Source: Bacteroidales bacterium UBA3653 (GTDB lineage: Bacteria > Bacteroidota > Bacteroidia > Bacteroidales > Paludibacteraceae). From it: 64,000 nt of DNA. The stretch covers positions 21,472 through 85,471 of the forward strand of contig DFKE01000016.1 in assembly GCA_002373505.1 (NCBI GenBank). Direction: 5' to 3'. The notes below the pieces were generated by a model. The model saw nothing but the letters and a program-made list of their open reading frames with translations, did no database searches and was not told the origin of the DNA. This document shows positions 50,424 through 59,752 of this stretch, piece after piece. How positions within the stretch are numbered: position 1 is the stretch's first letter; each line of letters begins with the position of its first letter. Both the position numbers and the translations under genes were made by a program.

Positions 50424-50759
50424 ATGAGAAAAGTATTATTGATGGCTTTTATAGCCATATTGGGAATGGGCGTCTATGCCCAGCAGCCGGCTAAAGTACC
50501 GGCTTACCGCGGCATGATCGAGCGCGTGCAGCCGAACGGGTACACGCTGCGCACCTTCCTGCGCGGAGACGAACACAAACACTGGATGATGACCGAAGAC
50601 GGATGGTTGATCCGCGAGAACAAAAAAGGATGGCTGAAATACGCCAAGGTGAACCGCAAAGGCGAGATTGTAACCAGTTGCCGAAAAGCCAAAAACGTAG
50701 AGGACCGGACCAAATGCCAGAAGAAATGGCTGGAGAAGCACGGAGTGAAGAGGAATTGA
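50424..50759 (+). CDS. small secreted protein homologous to the N-terminal pro-region of the two M6 proteases
   Basis: 111-aa ORF with a signal peptide. VPAYRGMIERVQPNGYTLRTFLRGDEHKHW aligns by eye with VPARRG...GDE(F/H)(Y/F)H of both proteases. Confidence 0.55.
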   Translation: MRKVLLMAFIAILGMGVYAQQPAKVPAYRGMIERVQPNGYTLRTFLRGDEHKHWMMTEDGWLIRENKKGWLKYAKVNRKGEIVTSCRKAKNVEDRTKCQKKWLEKHGVKRN

Positions 50760-50787
50760 TAATTGAGAATTGAGAATTGAGAATTGG
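50752..50787. repeat. GAGAATT family array containing the stop of the 111-aa gene
   Basis: ggaattgataattgagaattgagaattgagaattgg. TGA at 50757/50764/50771 covers all three frames. The next ATG is at 50789. Confidence 0.9.
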
Positions 50788-50788
50788 T

Positions 50789-52330
50789 ATGAAGAAAATT
50801 TTGAGCATAGTGATGCTATGCGCTGTCGCAGTGAGTGCGACGGCAGTGCCGGCACGCCGTGAGGGTATGATCCGGACTGATGCGAACGGAACAGAAAAAA
50901 TGGTGTTCCTTAACGGAGACGAGCATTTTCATTTTATCACGGATGCAGAAGGACGCTGGCTTGACGAAGAGACCTTGCTGCCGATAGCAGAAGAAGAGAA
51001 AACTGCGCGTATGGCGAAAGGACAACAGCGCGCCAAAGCCCGCCGTGCAAGGCAGGAAACGGGAGTGGACCGTCTGCTGGCACCGAAAGGGGCTGTTATT
51101 CTGGTCAGTTTCAAGGACCTGGATTTCAGCCAGTCCAATGAGGATATGACCCAATGGGCGATGGGAGAGACATACACCTATAACGGTGCTACGGGATCCA
51201 TCCACCAGTATTTCAACGACCAGAGTTGGGGAGAGTACGACATGGATATTGATGTCATTGGCCCTGTGACGGTTAGCAGGAACTACTCCTATTACGGTAG
51301 CAACGACTGGGGAGGGAATGACAACCACCCGGACGAACTGGTCAAAGAGGCGTGCCAGTTAGCCGCAAAACAAGGAGCCGATTTCAGCCAATACGACAAC
51401 AATGATGACGGAGAAGTGGACTGGGTGGTTATTCTCTATGCGGGTAAAGGCGAAGCGGACGGAGGAGCAAGCAACACGATATGGCCTCACCAATACGATC
51501 TGAGTTATACCGATATGTCCTTCAAGTTGGATGGCAAGACGATAGATCACTACTGCTGTCTCAACGAGATTGACGGACAAACAGGCGAACGGTGCGGTAT
51601 CGGTACTTTCTGCCATGAGTTCAGCCATGTGATGGGGTTGCCGGATTTCTATGCCACCGTAGAAGGCGCCACGCACCGCACGATGGTAGATTGGGACATC
51701 ATGGACTACGGGCCTTATAATAACGATGGTAACACGCCTCCCAACTATTCCGCCTACGAGCGGTGGTTCATGGGATGGATCACTCCGCGCGTGCTGACAG
51801 AGCCGGAAAACACCTTGTTAGGTCCGCTTCAAGAGACCAAACAATCCTTGCTGATGTGCAACGGAAACGCACATAATTTAGACGGCCTGAACCCGTTACC
51901 CAGAACATTCTATTTACTGGAAACCCGCGCACAGGAAGGATGGGACAAGTACCTCGCCGGCAAAGGGCTGATGATCACCAAGATCCAATATGATTCCGAT
52001 AAATGGTACAGCAACACTGTCAATAACACGTCCAGCAAATTAGGCGTGGACCTGATAGAAGCCAAAAAGAACACGTCGGCTTACTACAGCCGAGCCACCG
52101 ATCTTTTCCCTGCCGGAGCGAATTCATTCACCGGTTTTGCAGATCACGAGATTACGGACATCGAACTCTATGCGGATGGCTACATCGGATTCAAATACAA
52201 CGGCGGATGGCCGGAAGGGATTGAAGACGTACAAGGGAACGATGTACAATGTACAAAGGTATTGCGTGGCGGCAAGGTAGTTATTATCCGCGAGGGAAAG
52301 GAATACGATATTTTAGGTAATCGTTTATGA
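50789..52330 (+). CDS. M6-family zinc metalloprotease with T9SS-like C-terminal tail
   Basis: Track ORF 50777..52330 trimmed to ATG 50789 ([10 protein letters not shown]), because the TTG at 50777 lies inside a GAGAATT array. HEFSH at 51614..51628. C-terminus is [22 protein letters not shown]. Confidence 0.8.
   Translation: MKKILSIVMLCAVAVSATAVPARREGMIRTDANGTEKMVFLNGDEHFHFITDAEGRWLDEETLLPIAEEEKTARMAKGQQRAKARRARQETGVDRLLAPKGAVILVSFKDLDFSQSNEDMTQWAMGETYTYNGATGSIHQYFNDQSWGEYDMDIDVIGPVTVSRNYSYYGSNDWGGNDNHPDELVKEACQLAAKQGADFSQYDNNDDGEVDWVVILYAGKGEADGGASNTIWPHQYDLSYTDMSFKLDGKTIDHYCCLNEIDGQTGERCGIGTFCHEFSHVMGLPDFYATVEGATHRTMVDWDIMDYGPYNNDGNTPPNYSAYERWFMGWITPRVLTEPENTLLGPLQETKQSLLMCNGNAHNLDGLNPLPRTFYLLETRAQEGWDKYLAGKGLMITKIQYDSDKWYSNTVNNTSSKLGVDLIEAKKNTSAYYSRATDLFPAGANSFTGFADHEITDIELYADGYIGFKYNGGWPEGIEDVQGNDVQCTKVLRGGKVVIIREGKEYDILGNRL
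52229..52259. repeat. ATGTAC(G/A)AAGG family variant, in-frame in the second M6 protease gene
   Basis: gtacaagggaacgatgtacaatgtacaaagg encodes [10 protein letters not shown], just before the C-terminal tail. Confidence 0.8.
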
Positions 52331-53088
52331 AAATAATCAGTTATAATCTCAACGGCATCCGTTCGGCAATCGGGAAAGGGTTGCTGGAATGGCTTCAGAC
52401 AGAGAATCCGGATGTGTTCTGCATCCAGGAGAGCAAGGCGCAGCCGGAACAGATAGACGTCATGGCGTTTCAGGAACTGGGATACCATAGTTACATCCAT
52501 TCGGCGGAGAAGAAAGGCTATTCGGGCGTGTGTATCTTCTCCAAGCAGGAGCCGGACCGCGTAGTTGTAGGTATGGGCATTCCCAAATACGACCGCGAGG
52601 GGCGCGTGCTGAGAGCCGATTTCGGCGATATAACTGTTGTGGACGCATATATCCCGAGCGGCACGACGGGAGACGTACGACAGGATTTCAAAATGGAGTT
52701 TCTGGAGGATTTTCTGCCGTGGGTGACAGAGTTGCGCAAAGAGCGTCCGAACCTGGTGATCTGCGGAGATTATAACATATGCCACAAGCCCATCGACATC
52801 AACCATCCGGAGCGGCAGATCGGCGTGTCCGGTTTCCTGCCCGAAGAGCGCGAATGGATGGATCGGTGGGAAGCAAGCGGCTTGGTAGATTCTTTCCGTG
52901 TGTTCGACCAGAGCGCAGAGCGGTACAGCTGGTGGAGCTGGCGTGCCGGTGCCAGAGCCCGTAACGTGGGCTGGCGGATTGACTACCTGTGGGTCAGCGA
53001 GAGCCTGAGACCAAGACTGAGAGACGGCAAAATTTTAACAGAGGCGGTACACTCCGACCATTGCCCGGTGATGGTTGAGATAGACTAA
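52327..53088 (+). CDS. xth: exodeoxyribonuclease III
   Basis: 253-aa ORF with [20 protein letters not shown] and HSDHCPV. Confidence 0.9.
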   Translation: MKIISYNLNGIRSAIGKGLLEWLQTENPDVFCIQESKAQPEQIDVMAFQELGYHSYIHSAEKKGYSGVCIFSKQEPDRVVVGMGIPKYDREGRVLRADFGDITVVDAYIPSGTTGDVRQDFKMEFLEDFLPWVTELRKERPNLVICGDYNICHKPIDINHPERQIGVSGFLPEEREWMDRWEASGLVDSFRVFDQSAERYSWWSWRAGARARNVGWRIDYLWVSESLRPRLRDGKILTEAVHSDHCPVMVEID

Positions 53089-53106
53089 TTTAAAAATCAC
53101 GGGATA

Positions 53107-53121
53107 ATATACATAGTATAT
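53107..53121. repeat. short copy of the AT palindrome (ATATAC-ATA-GTATAT)
   Basis: atatacatagtatat, flanked by a 7-bp IR aatcacg/cgtgatt. Lies between xth and lptB. Confidence 0.6.
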
Positions 53122-53175
53122 TATAGGTATAGGTGGGATACGTGATTACCAGCTAACGATCAGGTAACTAACATT

Positions 53176-53916
53176 ATGGACAAGCTAAGGACAGAGCATT
53201 TAGTAAAGAAATACGGCAAACGGACCGTGGTAGATGATGTGTCAATCGAGTTGACCCAAGGAGAGATTGTAGGTCTGCTGGGCCCGAACGGTGCAGGCAA
53301 GACGACCACTTTCTATATGACAACCGGTCTGGTCTCTGCCAACAACGGTCGTATCTTTCTCAACGACCAGGACATCACCTCTTTTCCTATGTACCGACGT
53401 GCGAAGATGGGTATCGGCTATCTGCCGCAGGAAGCAAGCGTGTTCCGCAAGATGACGGTAGAAGACAATATCCGCTCCGTGCTCGAACTGACCGATTTCA
53501 CGCCGGAGTACCAGGCACAGAAGCTGGAGCAACTGATTAAGGAGTTCAACCTCGAGCACGTACGTACAAACCTTGGCGACCGCCTCAGCGGCGGAGAAAG
53601 GCGTCGTACGGAGATAGCGCGGTGTTTGGCGATAGAACCCAAGTTCGTGATGCTGGACGAACCTTTTGCCGGTGTCGATCCGATTGCTGTGCAAGAAATA
53701 CAGGATGTCGTATGGCGGCTGAAAGACAAGAATATAGGTATTCTGATAACCGACCACAACGTAGATGAAACGCTGATGATCACGGACCGCGCATACCTGC
53801 TGTTTGAAGGCAAGATCCTCTTCCACGGTACGCCGGAAGAGTTAGCCTCCAACCCCGTTGTGCGGCAGAACTACCTCGGTCGCGATTTTGAACTCAAACG
53901 CAAAACGAGAGTTTAG
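53176..53916 (+). CDS. lptB: LPS export ABC transporter ATP-binding protein
   Basis: 246-aa ORF with [34 protein letters not shown] and [11 protein letters not shown]. Confidence 0.9.
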   Translation: MDKLRTEHLVKKYGKRTVVDDVSIELTQGEIVGLLGPNGAGKTTTFYMTTGLVSANNGRIFLNDQDITSFPMYRRAKMGIGYLPQEASVFRKMTVEDNIRSVLELTDFTPEYQAQKLEQLIKEFNLEHVRTNLGDRLSGGERRRTEIARCLAIEPKFVMLDEPFAGVDPIAVQEIQDVVWRLKDKNIGILITDHNVDETLMITDRAYLLFEGKILFHGTPEELASNPVVRQNYLGRDFELKRKTRV

Positions 53917-53937
53917 GAACAAGAGAAGAGAGGTAAG

Positions 53938-54915
53938 GTGAGAAGCAAGAATTACATCATCTTGATACTTGCAGCAGTGCTATGCATTGCCTGTGCGAGC
54001 GAACCGGATCTCGGTATCGCTTTGCACGAATGCGCTCCGATGCCGTCTCCCCGTGCTTCTGCCACTGCGTTTGTGATAGGAGAGAAAGCCTATCTGTTCG
54101 CCGGAAGAGACAGCACCGGAAATTCGCACAACGACCTATGGCGTTATTCTCCGGAAACAGACAGCTGGGAAGACATGGGTCCCACTCCACTTGCTCCGCG
54201 CGTGAATGCCACCGCCTGTGTGTGCGACGGGAAAGTGTATATCGGGTTAGGATTTCTGGGCAGATACAGCAATGATAGCTCCTACATGCAAGACTGGTGG
54301 GAATATACGCCCGCTACGGACTCTTGGAAACGATTAGCCGACTATCCGAACAGCTATACCGACTGCGCCACTGCGTTTACCAGCGACGGGGAGTTATATG
54401 TCGGTTATGGTTTTTGCTGGAACTACCGACGCGATTTTTTCCGATATGACATAGCTTCCGACCGGTGGGACAGTATTGATGTGAACGTCTCTTTCCACGG
54501 CTACCCCACCCGTTCCTTCGGAGGGACAGGATGCACCTGCCAAAGCCGGCATTTCATGGGAACAGGCTTCTACAAGGGGAGCCTGAACTGGTGGGCGGAA
54601 CTGGTGGACGGCACGCATTGGGAGAAACGGGCTGCTGTGCCCGGAAAGACACGTACCCTTGCTGCCTCTACCGCTACGGACCAATATATCTACCTCTCAG
54701 GCGGCATACATTACGGCGGAGTAAACACCACCGGCCAAGTGCTGCAGGACATTCACCGCTACGACCCGCTGAACGACTCCTGGAGCCATGTTGCCGTACT
54801 GCCGGAAGGATTGATGAACCATCTCTCTTTTGCGATAGGCAGAAGGGTGTATATCGGTCTTGGCGAGGACAAGGAATGGAAGGTAAAAAACAAACTGTAT
54901 TATTTTGAGGAATAA
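53938..54915 (+). CDS. Kelch-repeat (beta-propeller) lipoprotein
   Basis: 325-aa ORF with GTG start and lipobox LCIAC. Repeated units of the form Y.F.G(R/G)D......DLW.Y.P..D.W. Confidence 0.65.
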   Translation: MRSKNYIILILAAVLCIACASEPDLGIALHECAPMPSPRASATAFVIGEKAYLFAGRDSTGNSHNDLWRYSPETDSWEDMGPTPLAPRVNATACVCDGKVYIGLGFLGRYSNDSSYMQDWWEYTPATDSWKRLADYPNSYTDCATAFTSDGELYVGYGFCWNYRRDFFRYDIASDRWDSIDVNVSFHGYPTRSFGGTGCTCQSRHFMGTGFYKGSLNWWAELVDGTHWEKRAAVPGKTRTLAASTATDQYIYLSGGIHYGGVNTTGQVLQDIHRYDPLNDSWSHVAVLPEGLMNHLSFAIGRRVYIGLGEDKEWKVKNKLYYFEE

Positions 54916-56386
54916 ACTGCTCGTCATATTATTGCTGCTTTGCACAGGTATGTCCGCCCGGCAGTTGAGCTGGCGCTTCTGGCCCACCGGGATCACAGAC
55001 AGCGTTCCGGCAGGCGGGGACACTCTACGCTGGACAGCCGGAGTAAGCGGCATAGCATCCAGCGGCAAATATGCACCGTTCTGGCTGCAAAGCAACACGC
55101 ACGGCGATATCAGTTCTTCGCCTTTCTCCGGCAACTTGACTGCCGGCATTTACAAGGAAGCCGTTCACCCCGAGCGATGGTGGGATTATGATTTTGCGGT
55201 ACAGCTGACCGGCCGTGTCCAGTCGCCTATACCGGGTAGCGCTTTTGCGCAGCAACGGACGTACGGAACGGGCTATTTCAACCTTCTATACGCACATGTC
55301 CGCCTCTATATCTTTGACATCACAGCCGGTATCAAGCCTCTTGTCTATGAGACCCAAGACACCGCTTTGAGTATGGGAAGCATGATTTTCTCCGGCAACA
55401 GCCAACCGCTTCCGCGTATCACGGTTGGGATAGACCGGTATGTGCCATTCCCCGGATGCTATGGGTATTTTGAGATCAAAGGAGGTCTGACCCACATATG
55501 GCAGGCGGATAACATATACATGCGAGGCAGTTATATCCATCATAAGTTCGCAGCTCTCCGCTTCGGTGGACGGCTTCCTGTGAACGTCAGTTATGAGTTC
55601 CACCATGCCGCACAATGGGGAGGTATCAGCCCTGTCTGGGGGGATATAGGCAGCGGATGGTCTGATTTCCTGCACGTCCTTACCGCACGGGCTGGAGGAG
55701 TGATGAATAATGACCTGCGGAATGCACAGGGGAACCACGTAGGAAGCCAGCAGCTGATGGTCACCGGCAAAGGTACAGGATGGGAGATCAGTGCTTACTG
55801 GCAGAATTTCTTCGAAGACAATTTTGCTTTTATCGGCATGGGGCAGAACCTGTCCGACGGTCTATGGGGTATCAGTCTCAAACAGACCCGATGGCCGTTT
55901 ATCCAAGGTGTGACATATGAGTTTCTCAACACGACCGACCAGTCCGGACCGTGGCACGACCGCGACGGACTTTGCTACGCCGGCAATGACCAGTATTATC
56001 AGAACAGCGTGTTCCAAAACGGATGGAATTATTTCTATCGCTCTATAGGTACACCTTTTATCACTTCGCCGCTATACAACGAGGATGGTTCCATTCATAC
56101 CCTCAACAGCCGCGTGAGAGTGCATCATCTAGGAATAAGAGGCGATATATACGGCTTTATATACCGTCTCAAGGCTTCCTATGCCCGCAATTACGGCAAT
56201 GAAAACACCTCCCGCGAGATTCTGAGCACCAACACCGCCCTGCTGCTGGATATTCACAAGCATGTAGAGAAAGCCTGGGGGCTCGATTTCGGCGTACGTC
56301 TGGCTGCTGATCTGGGGTCGCAATGGGGAAACCAGTTCGGAGCACAGCTAACAATTACTAAACGAGGAATAATCACCCGATGGTAA
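54905..56386 (+). CDS. putative outer-membrane protein (possibly Wzi-like capsule-assembly family; weak)
   Basis: 493-aa ORF with TTG start and a signal peptide. Aromatic-rich beta-strand-like composition. Sits in a surface-glycan gene context. Confidence 0.45.
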   Translation: MRNKLLVILLLLCTGMSARQLSWRFWPTGITDSVPAGGDTLRWTAGVSGIASSGKYAPFWLQSNTHGDISSSPFSGNLTAGIYKEAVHPERWWDYDFAVQLTGRVQSPIPGSAFAQQRTYGTGYFNLLYAHVRLYIFDITAGIKPLVYETQDTALSMGSMIFSGNSQPLPRITVGIDRYVPFPGCYGYFEIKGGLTHIWQADNIYMRGSYIHHKFAALRFGGRLPVNVSYEFHHAAQWGGISPVWGDIGSGWSDFLHVLTARAGGVMNNDLRNAQGNHVGSQQLMVTGKGTGWEISAYWQNFFEDNFAFIGMGQNLSDGLWGISLKQTRWPFIQGVTYEFLNTTDQSGPWHDRDGLCYAGNDQYYQNSVFQNGWNYFYRSIGTPFITSPLYNEDGSIHTLNSRVRVHHLGIRGDIYGFIYRLKASYARNYGNENTSREILSTNTALLLDIHKHVEKAWGLDFGVRLAADLGSQWGNQFGAQLTITKRGIITRW

Positions 56387-57084
56387 ATGACTCCATGATA
56401 CATATCATCATGCCCGTCAAGGACTCCATCGAGACGGCAGAGAAAGCGATCCGCGCTATCCTACAGAGCGGTTATACGCTGACCGTTTATGATGACTATT
56501 CGTCTAAGGAGACAGCATCGAGACTCAAAGAGCTGAGCGACGAGACGGGCATCGAGATTGTATCTATCAGTGAACATACCGTCCACCCGTCACCTAACTA
56601 CCGCTGGGTGTTGATTGATGCCCAACGAAAAGCGCTGGAGCAAGGAGTCTCACTGGTGATTGTGGAAAGCGACGTGATGGTGAGACAAGAGACTATTGGA
56701 CGCATGGCTGATGCTGTTTGTCCGGGTGTAGGAATGGTGGCAGCCGTGACGCACGATGAGGAAGGGAATGTGAATTTCCCCTATGAATACGCGCGGCACA
56801 TAAACCAAGACGGACCATGCAAGAAGAGGCTCTCTTTCTGCTGCACGCTGCTTTCCAACGAATTCCTGCGCGCCTATGACTTCGGGCGGTTGGATCCGGA
56901 TAAGAACTGGTATGACGTACATATCAGCCACACATCCGTCCAATTGGGATTTACGAACATCCTGCAACTATCCAACCCCGTAGTCCACATGCCACACTCT
57001 AGCCGTCCGTGGAAACAACTCAAATATACAAACCCTATACTCTATTATTGGCGGAAGTTGATTCTTCGCCGCGATAAGATATGA
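56380..57084 (+). CDS. glycosyltransferase-like protein (GT-A fold candidate)
   Basis: 234-aa ORF with IIMPVKDS...VYDDYSS. The true start may be ATG 56395, since the first 5 codons are a family-A word. Confidence 0.5.
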   Translation: MVNDSMIHIIMPVKDSIETAEKAIRAILQSGYTLTVYDDYSSKETASRLKELSDETGIEIVSISEHTVHPSPNYRWVLIDAQRKALEQGVSLVIVESDVMVRQETIGRMADAVCPGVGMVAAVTHDEEGNVNFPYEYARHINQDGPCKKRLSFCCTLLSNEFLRAYDFGRLDPDKNWYDVHISHTSVQLGFTNILQLSNPVVHMPHSSRPWKQLKYTNPILYYWRKLILRRDKI

Positions 57085-58487
57085 AACAACCCTTAGTTTC
57101 CGTTATAGTGCCCCTGTATAACGCTGCGCCGTATATCGGCGAAGCGTTGGATAGTATCGTTGCGTCCACTTACCGTCCGATCGAAGTGATTGTGATGGAC
57201 GACGGCTCGACCGATGAGAGCCTCAGCGTGGCGCAGGCTTTTGCCACCAGTCATCCGGAGGTAAAAGTGTTTCATCAATCCAACGAAGGCGTCAGTTCCG
57301 CCCGCAATCACGCTATCCGTGAAAGCGCGGGCGAATGGATCTTGCCGGTGGATGCGGACGACAAGATCAGCCCGACCTATATCGAGCATGCCATGGAGCA
57401 GGTAGCGGATGATGTGCGCGTGATCGGGTGCAAGGCTGAGTTTTTCGGTGCCAAGAGCGGCGAATGGAAACTGCCGGATTTTTCGTTGGATCTGCTGGCG
57501 AGAAAGAACATGATCCATATCTCGTCCCTTTTCCGCAGGATAGACTGGACAGTAGTCGGCGGTTTCTGCCAGGAAGATATCTACCGCGAAGACTGGGATT
57601 TCTGGATCAGTATGTTCGAGACCGGCGGACGGTATGTGCGGCTGGACGAGGTGGGTTTATATTACCGTGTGCTGCCGGGTTCGCGGCGGCATACCGCCAA
57701 GGCTCAGAAACGCGCAATCGTGGATGCGATGAATGAGCGCCATCTGTTGTTTATGGAGAAGCATTTAGGCGGTCCGCTGCACTATATGCGCTCCTGGAGC
57801 AAGTTTCTGAACCGGTTCAGGCGCTACCGGCAAGTCGGCGATTTTGCATTCTGGGATTTAGGATGGATCGTCTCGCGCCACCGGAACATCATCCGCCTGA
57901 GCGAAGAGTACGCGATCAAGCAGTTTGCCAAGCCGGATCTCTTGCGCGGCATCTGGTACGGCTGGTTCGCCAAGAGCAAAGCACGGCGGAGCTATGAATA
58001 TGCGCTGCGGTTAGGAGAAAAAATCACACCGCGTCCGATTGCTTACCGCGAAGTGCGCGTGTTCGGTATTTTGCGCGAGAGCTGGTACGTATGCGAGAGC
58101 CGCAGAGCCTTCAGTTGCTTCAACGACCTCATCGGATCGCCGGATTTTCCGTACCGCGAAGCGATTCTTTGGAAGATCGGCGAGTTTACTGCGAAGCTGC
58201 ATAAGCAGGGTATATTGCATCGCGACTATTCCGGCGGTAACATTCTTTTCAACCGGGATGGCACCTGGATACAAATCATCGATCTGAACCGTATAAAGTT
58301 CTGCAAGCACCTCAGCCGCGAACAGAGACTGCGCAATTTCGAGCGGCTCAATATCGACAGGGAGGCACTGGTTATTATGGCGCAAGCGTACGCCCAAGCA
58401 ATGGGGGAAGACGCCATAGAGGACGCCGGATATATCATCGCTCACCGGTGGCATAAACATGTAAAACAAGGAATTACCAATTTATGA
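57081..58487 (+). CDS. glycosyltransferase family 2 fused to lipopolysaccharide-kinase (Kdo/WaaP-like) domain
   Basis: 468-aa ORF. N-terminal half has VSVIVPLYNAAPYI, VMDDGSTDES, PVDADD and REDWDFW. C-terminal half has HRDYSGGNILF...IIDLNRI kinase catalytic-loop motifs. Confidence 0.7.
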   Translation: MKQPLVSVIVPLYNAAPYIGEALDSIVASTYRPIEVIVMDDGSTDESLSVAQAFATSHPEVKVFHQSNEGVSSARNHAIRESAGEWILPVDADDKISPTYIEHAMEQVADDVRVIGCKAEFFGAKSGEWKLPDFSLDLLARKNMIHISSLFRRIDWTVVGGFCQEDIYREDWDFWISMFETGGRYVRLDEVGLYYRVLPGSRRHTAKAQKRAIVDAMNERHLLFMEKHLGGPLHYMRSWSKFLNRFRRYRQVGDFAFWDLGWIVSRHRNIIRLSEEYAIKQFAKPDLLRGIWYGWFAKSKARRSYEYALRLGEKITPRPIAYREVRVFGILRESWYVCESRRAFSCFNDLIGSPDFPYREAILWKIGEFTAKLHKQGILHRDYSGGNILFNRDGTWIQIIDLNRIKFCKHLSREQRLRNFERLNIDREALVIMAQAYAQAMGEDAIEDAGYIIAHRWHKHVKQGITNL

Positions 58488-59752
58488 ACCGATACCGGCA
58501 AATCATAGGAAGGATCAATTACTGGCTGTTTCTGACGGTCATTGCCCTGCTTCCGGCGCCGCAACTGGTGCTCCGCTATGCGTGCGTGGCATGGATCATT
58601 ATGTGGTTCCTGGAGGGACGATGGCTGAACATTTCATATCTCAGATCGCAACTTTCAAATCGCACCTTCGCTCTCCCGTTCCTGCTTTTCGGGGCTTGGT
58701 TTGCATGGAAACTGCTGTCGGGCTTATGGGCGGCGGATCCGGTAGCCTGGAAATGGCAGATGGAGCGGTATCTGACCTTCATCCTGCTGGTGCCGGTCGG
58801 TTTATGGGGAGTGAATGAATGCTATGACTGGCGGACAGCCGGCAAGGTTCTCGTGGCGGCATGCGTGATTGCTCTGCCGGCTTACGTGGGCTGCATGACC
58901 GTTTTGTTCTATCACCCGGAATGGGTACCGACGTCATTCCATGAAAACGGATGGATACAATATCAAGAGTGGTGGATTTTCTTCTCTGAGAACATATCCC
59001 ATCTCAAGCACCGCCTCTTCCTTTGCTCGGTCGAACTGTTCGGTGCTATCATCGCTTTCCTGCTCTATCGGAAACGTCCTCGAATCCTCCTTCCGCTTTG
59101 GGCTGTGATGTTATCATCTATTCCATTGACGACTTCCAGACAAGCTATTCTTACTGCTGTCGGATTGTTTTTCATAGGGATTATTTGTATTATTCCGTCT
59201 GTCAAACGATGGCGGTATAGCGGTATTATTGTATTGGTGGGAGTGGCAGTAGGGACAGGTTTGCTGTATCTCCATCCCAGGATGCAGGAGGTAGAGTTAT
59301 CCAATATCAAAGAGATGCGGGAGTTGAGTTATTACCACGATGTGCGGTTCAACATATGGGGTGCGGCATTGCAACATCCGCAGGACTACATAGCGCATGG
59401 TTTAGGAGCCGGACAGAGCTGCAATTATCTGATAGAGAAATACAAAGCAGTCCGATTTGACGGCTATGTAGCGCAGCAATACCATGCACATTGCCAATAT
59501 CTCGAAGAACTGATGGAAATAGGTATTCCCGGACTGCTTTTGTTCCTGCTTGCCTGGATATCTATTCCGCTTTATGCCTCCAAAAAAGGACGACTCACAG
59601 CCATCCTCTTTACTACACTTTTCGCCCTTAATATGTTTACCGACTGCATGTTCGGCAGATTCGACGGTATTGCCCTTTGGGCGGTAGGCCTACTGTTTAT
59701 CCTTCTCCAGTCCGACCCGCAACGTGACGAGCAGACCGCGGGGGATGCATAG
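58484..59752 (+). CDS. O-antigen ligase family (Wzy_C-like) membrane protein
   Basis: 422-aa polytopic ORF in a GT/LPS-kinase context. The assignment rests on topology and context. Confidence 0.55.
   Translation: MNRYRQIIGRINYWLFLTVIALLPAPQLVLRYACVAWIIMWFLEGRWLNISYLRSQLSNRTFALPFLLFGAWFAWKLLSGLWAADPVAWKWQMERYLTFILLVPVGLWGVNECYDWRTAGKVLVAACVIALPAYVGCMTVLFYHPEWVPTSFHENGWIQYQEWWIFFSENISHLKHRLFLCSVELFGAIIAFLLYRKRPRILLPLWAVMLSSIPLTTSRQAILTAVGLFFIGIICIIPSVKRWRYSGIIVLVGVAVGTGLLYLHPRMQEVELSNIKEMRELSYYHDVRFNIWGAALQHPQDYIAHGLGAGQSCNYLIEKYKAVRFDGYVAQQYHAHCQYLEELMEIGIPGLLLFLLAWISIPLYASKKGRLTAILFTTLFALNMFTDCMFGRFDGIALWAVGLLFILLQSDPQRDEQTAGDA

Noticed and set aside
50777-50788. TTG start at 50777 for the second M6 protease.
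   Set aside because: The codon lies inside the GAGAATT stop cassette. ATG 50789 gives a standard MKKILS... signal peptide matching that of the first protease.
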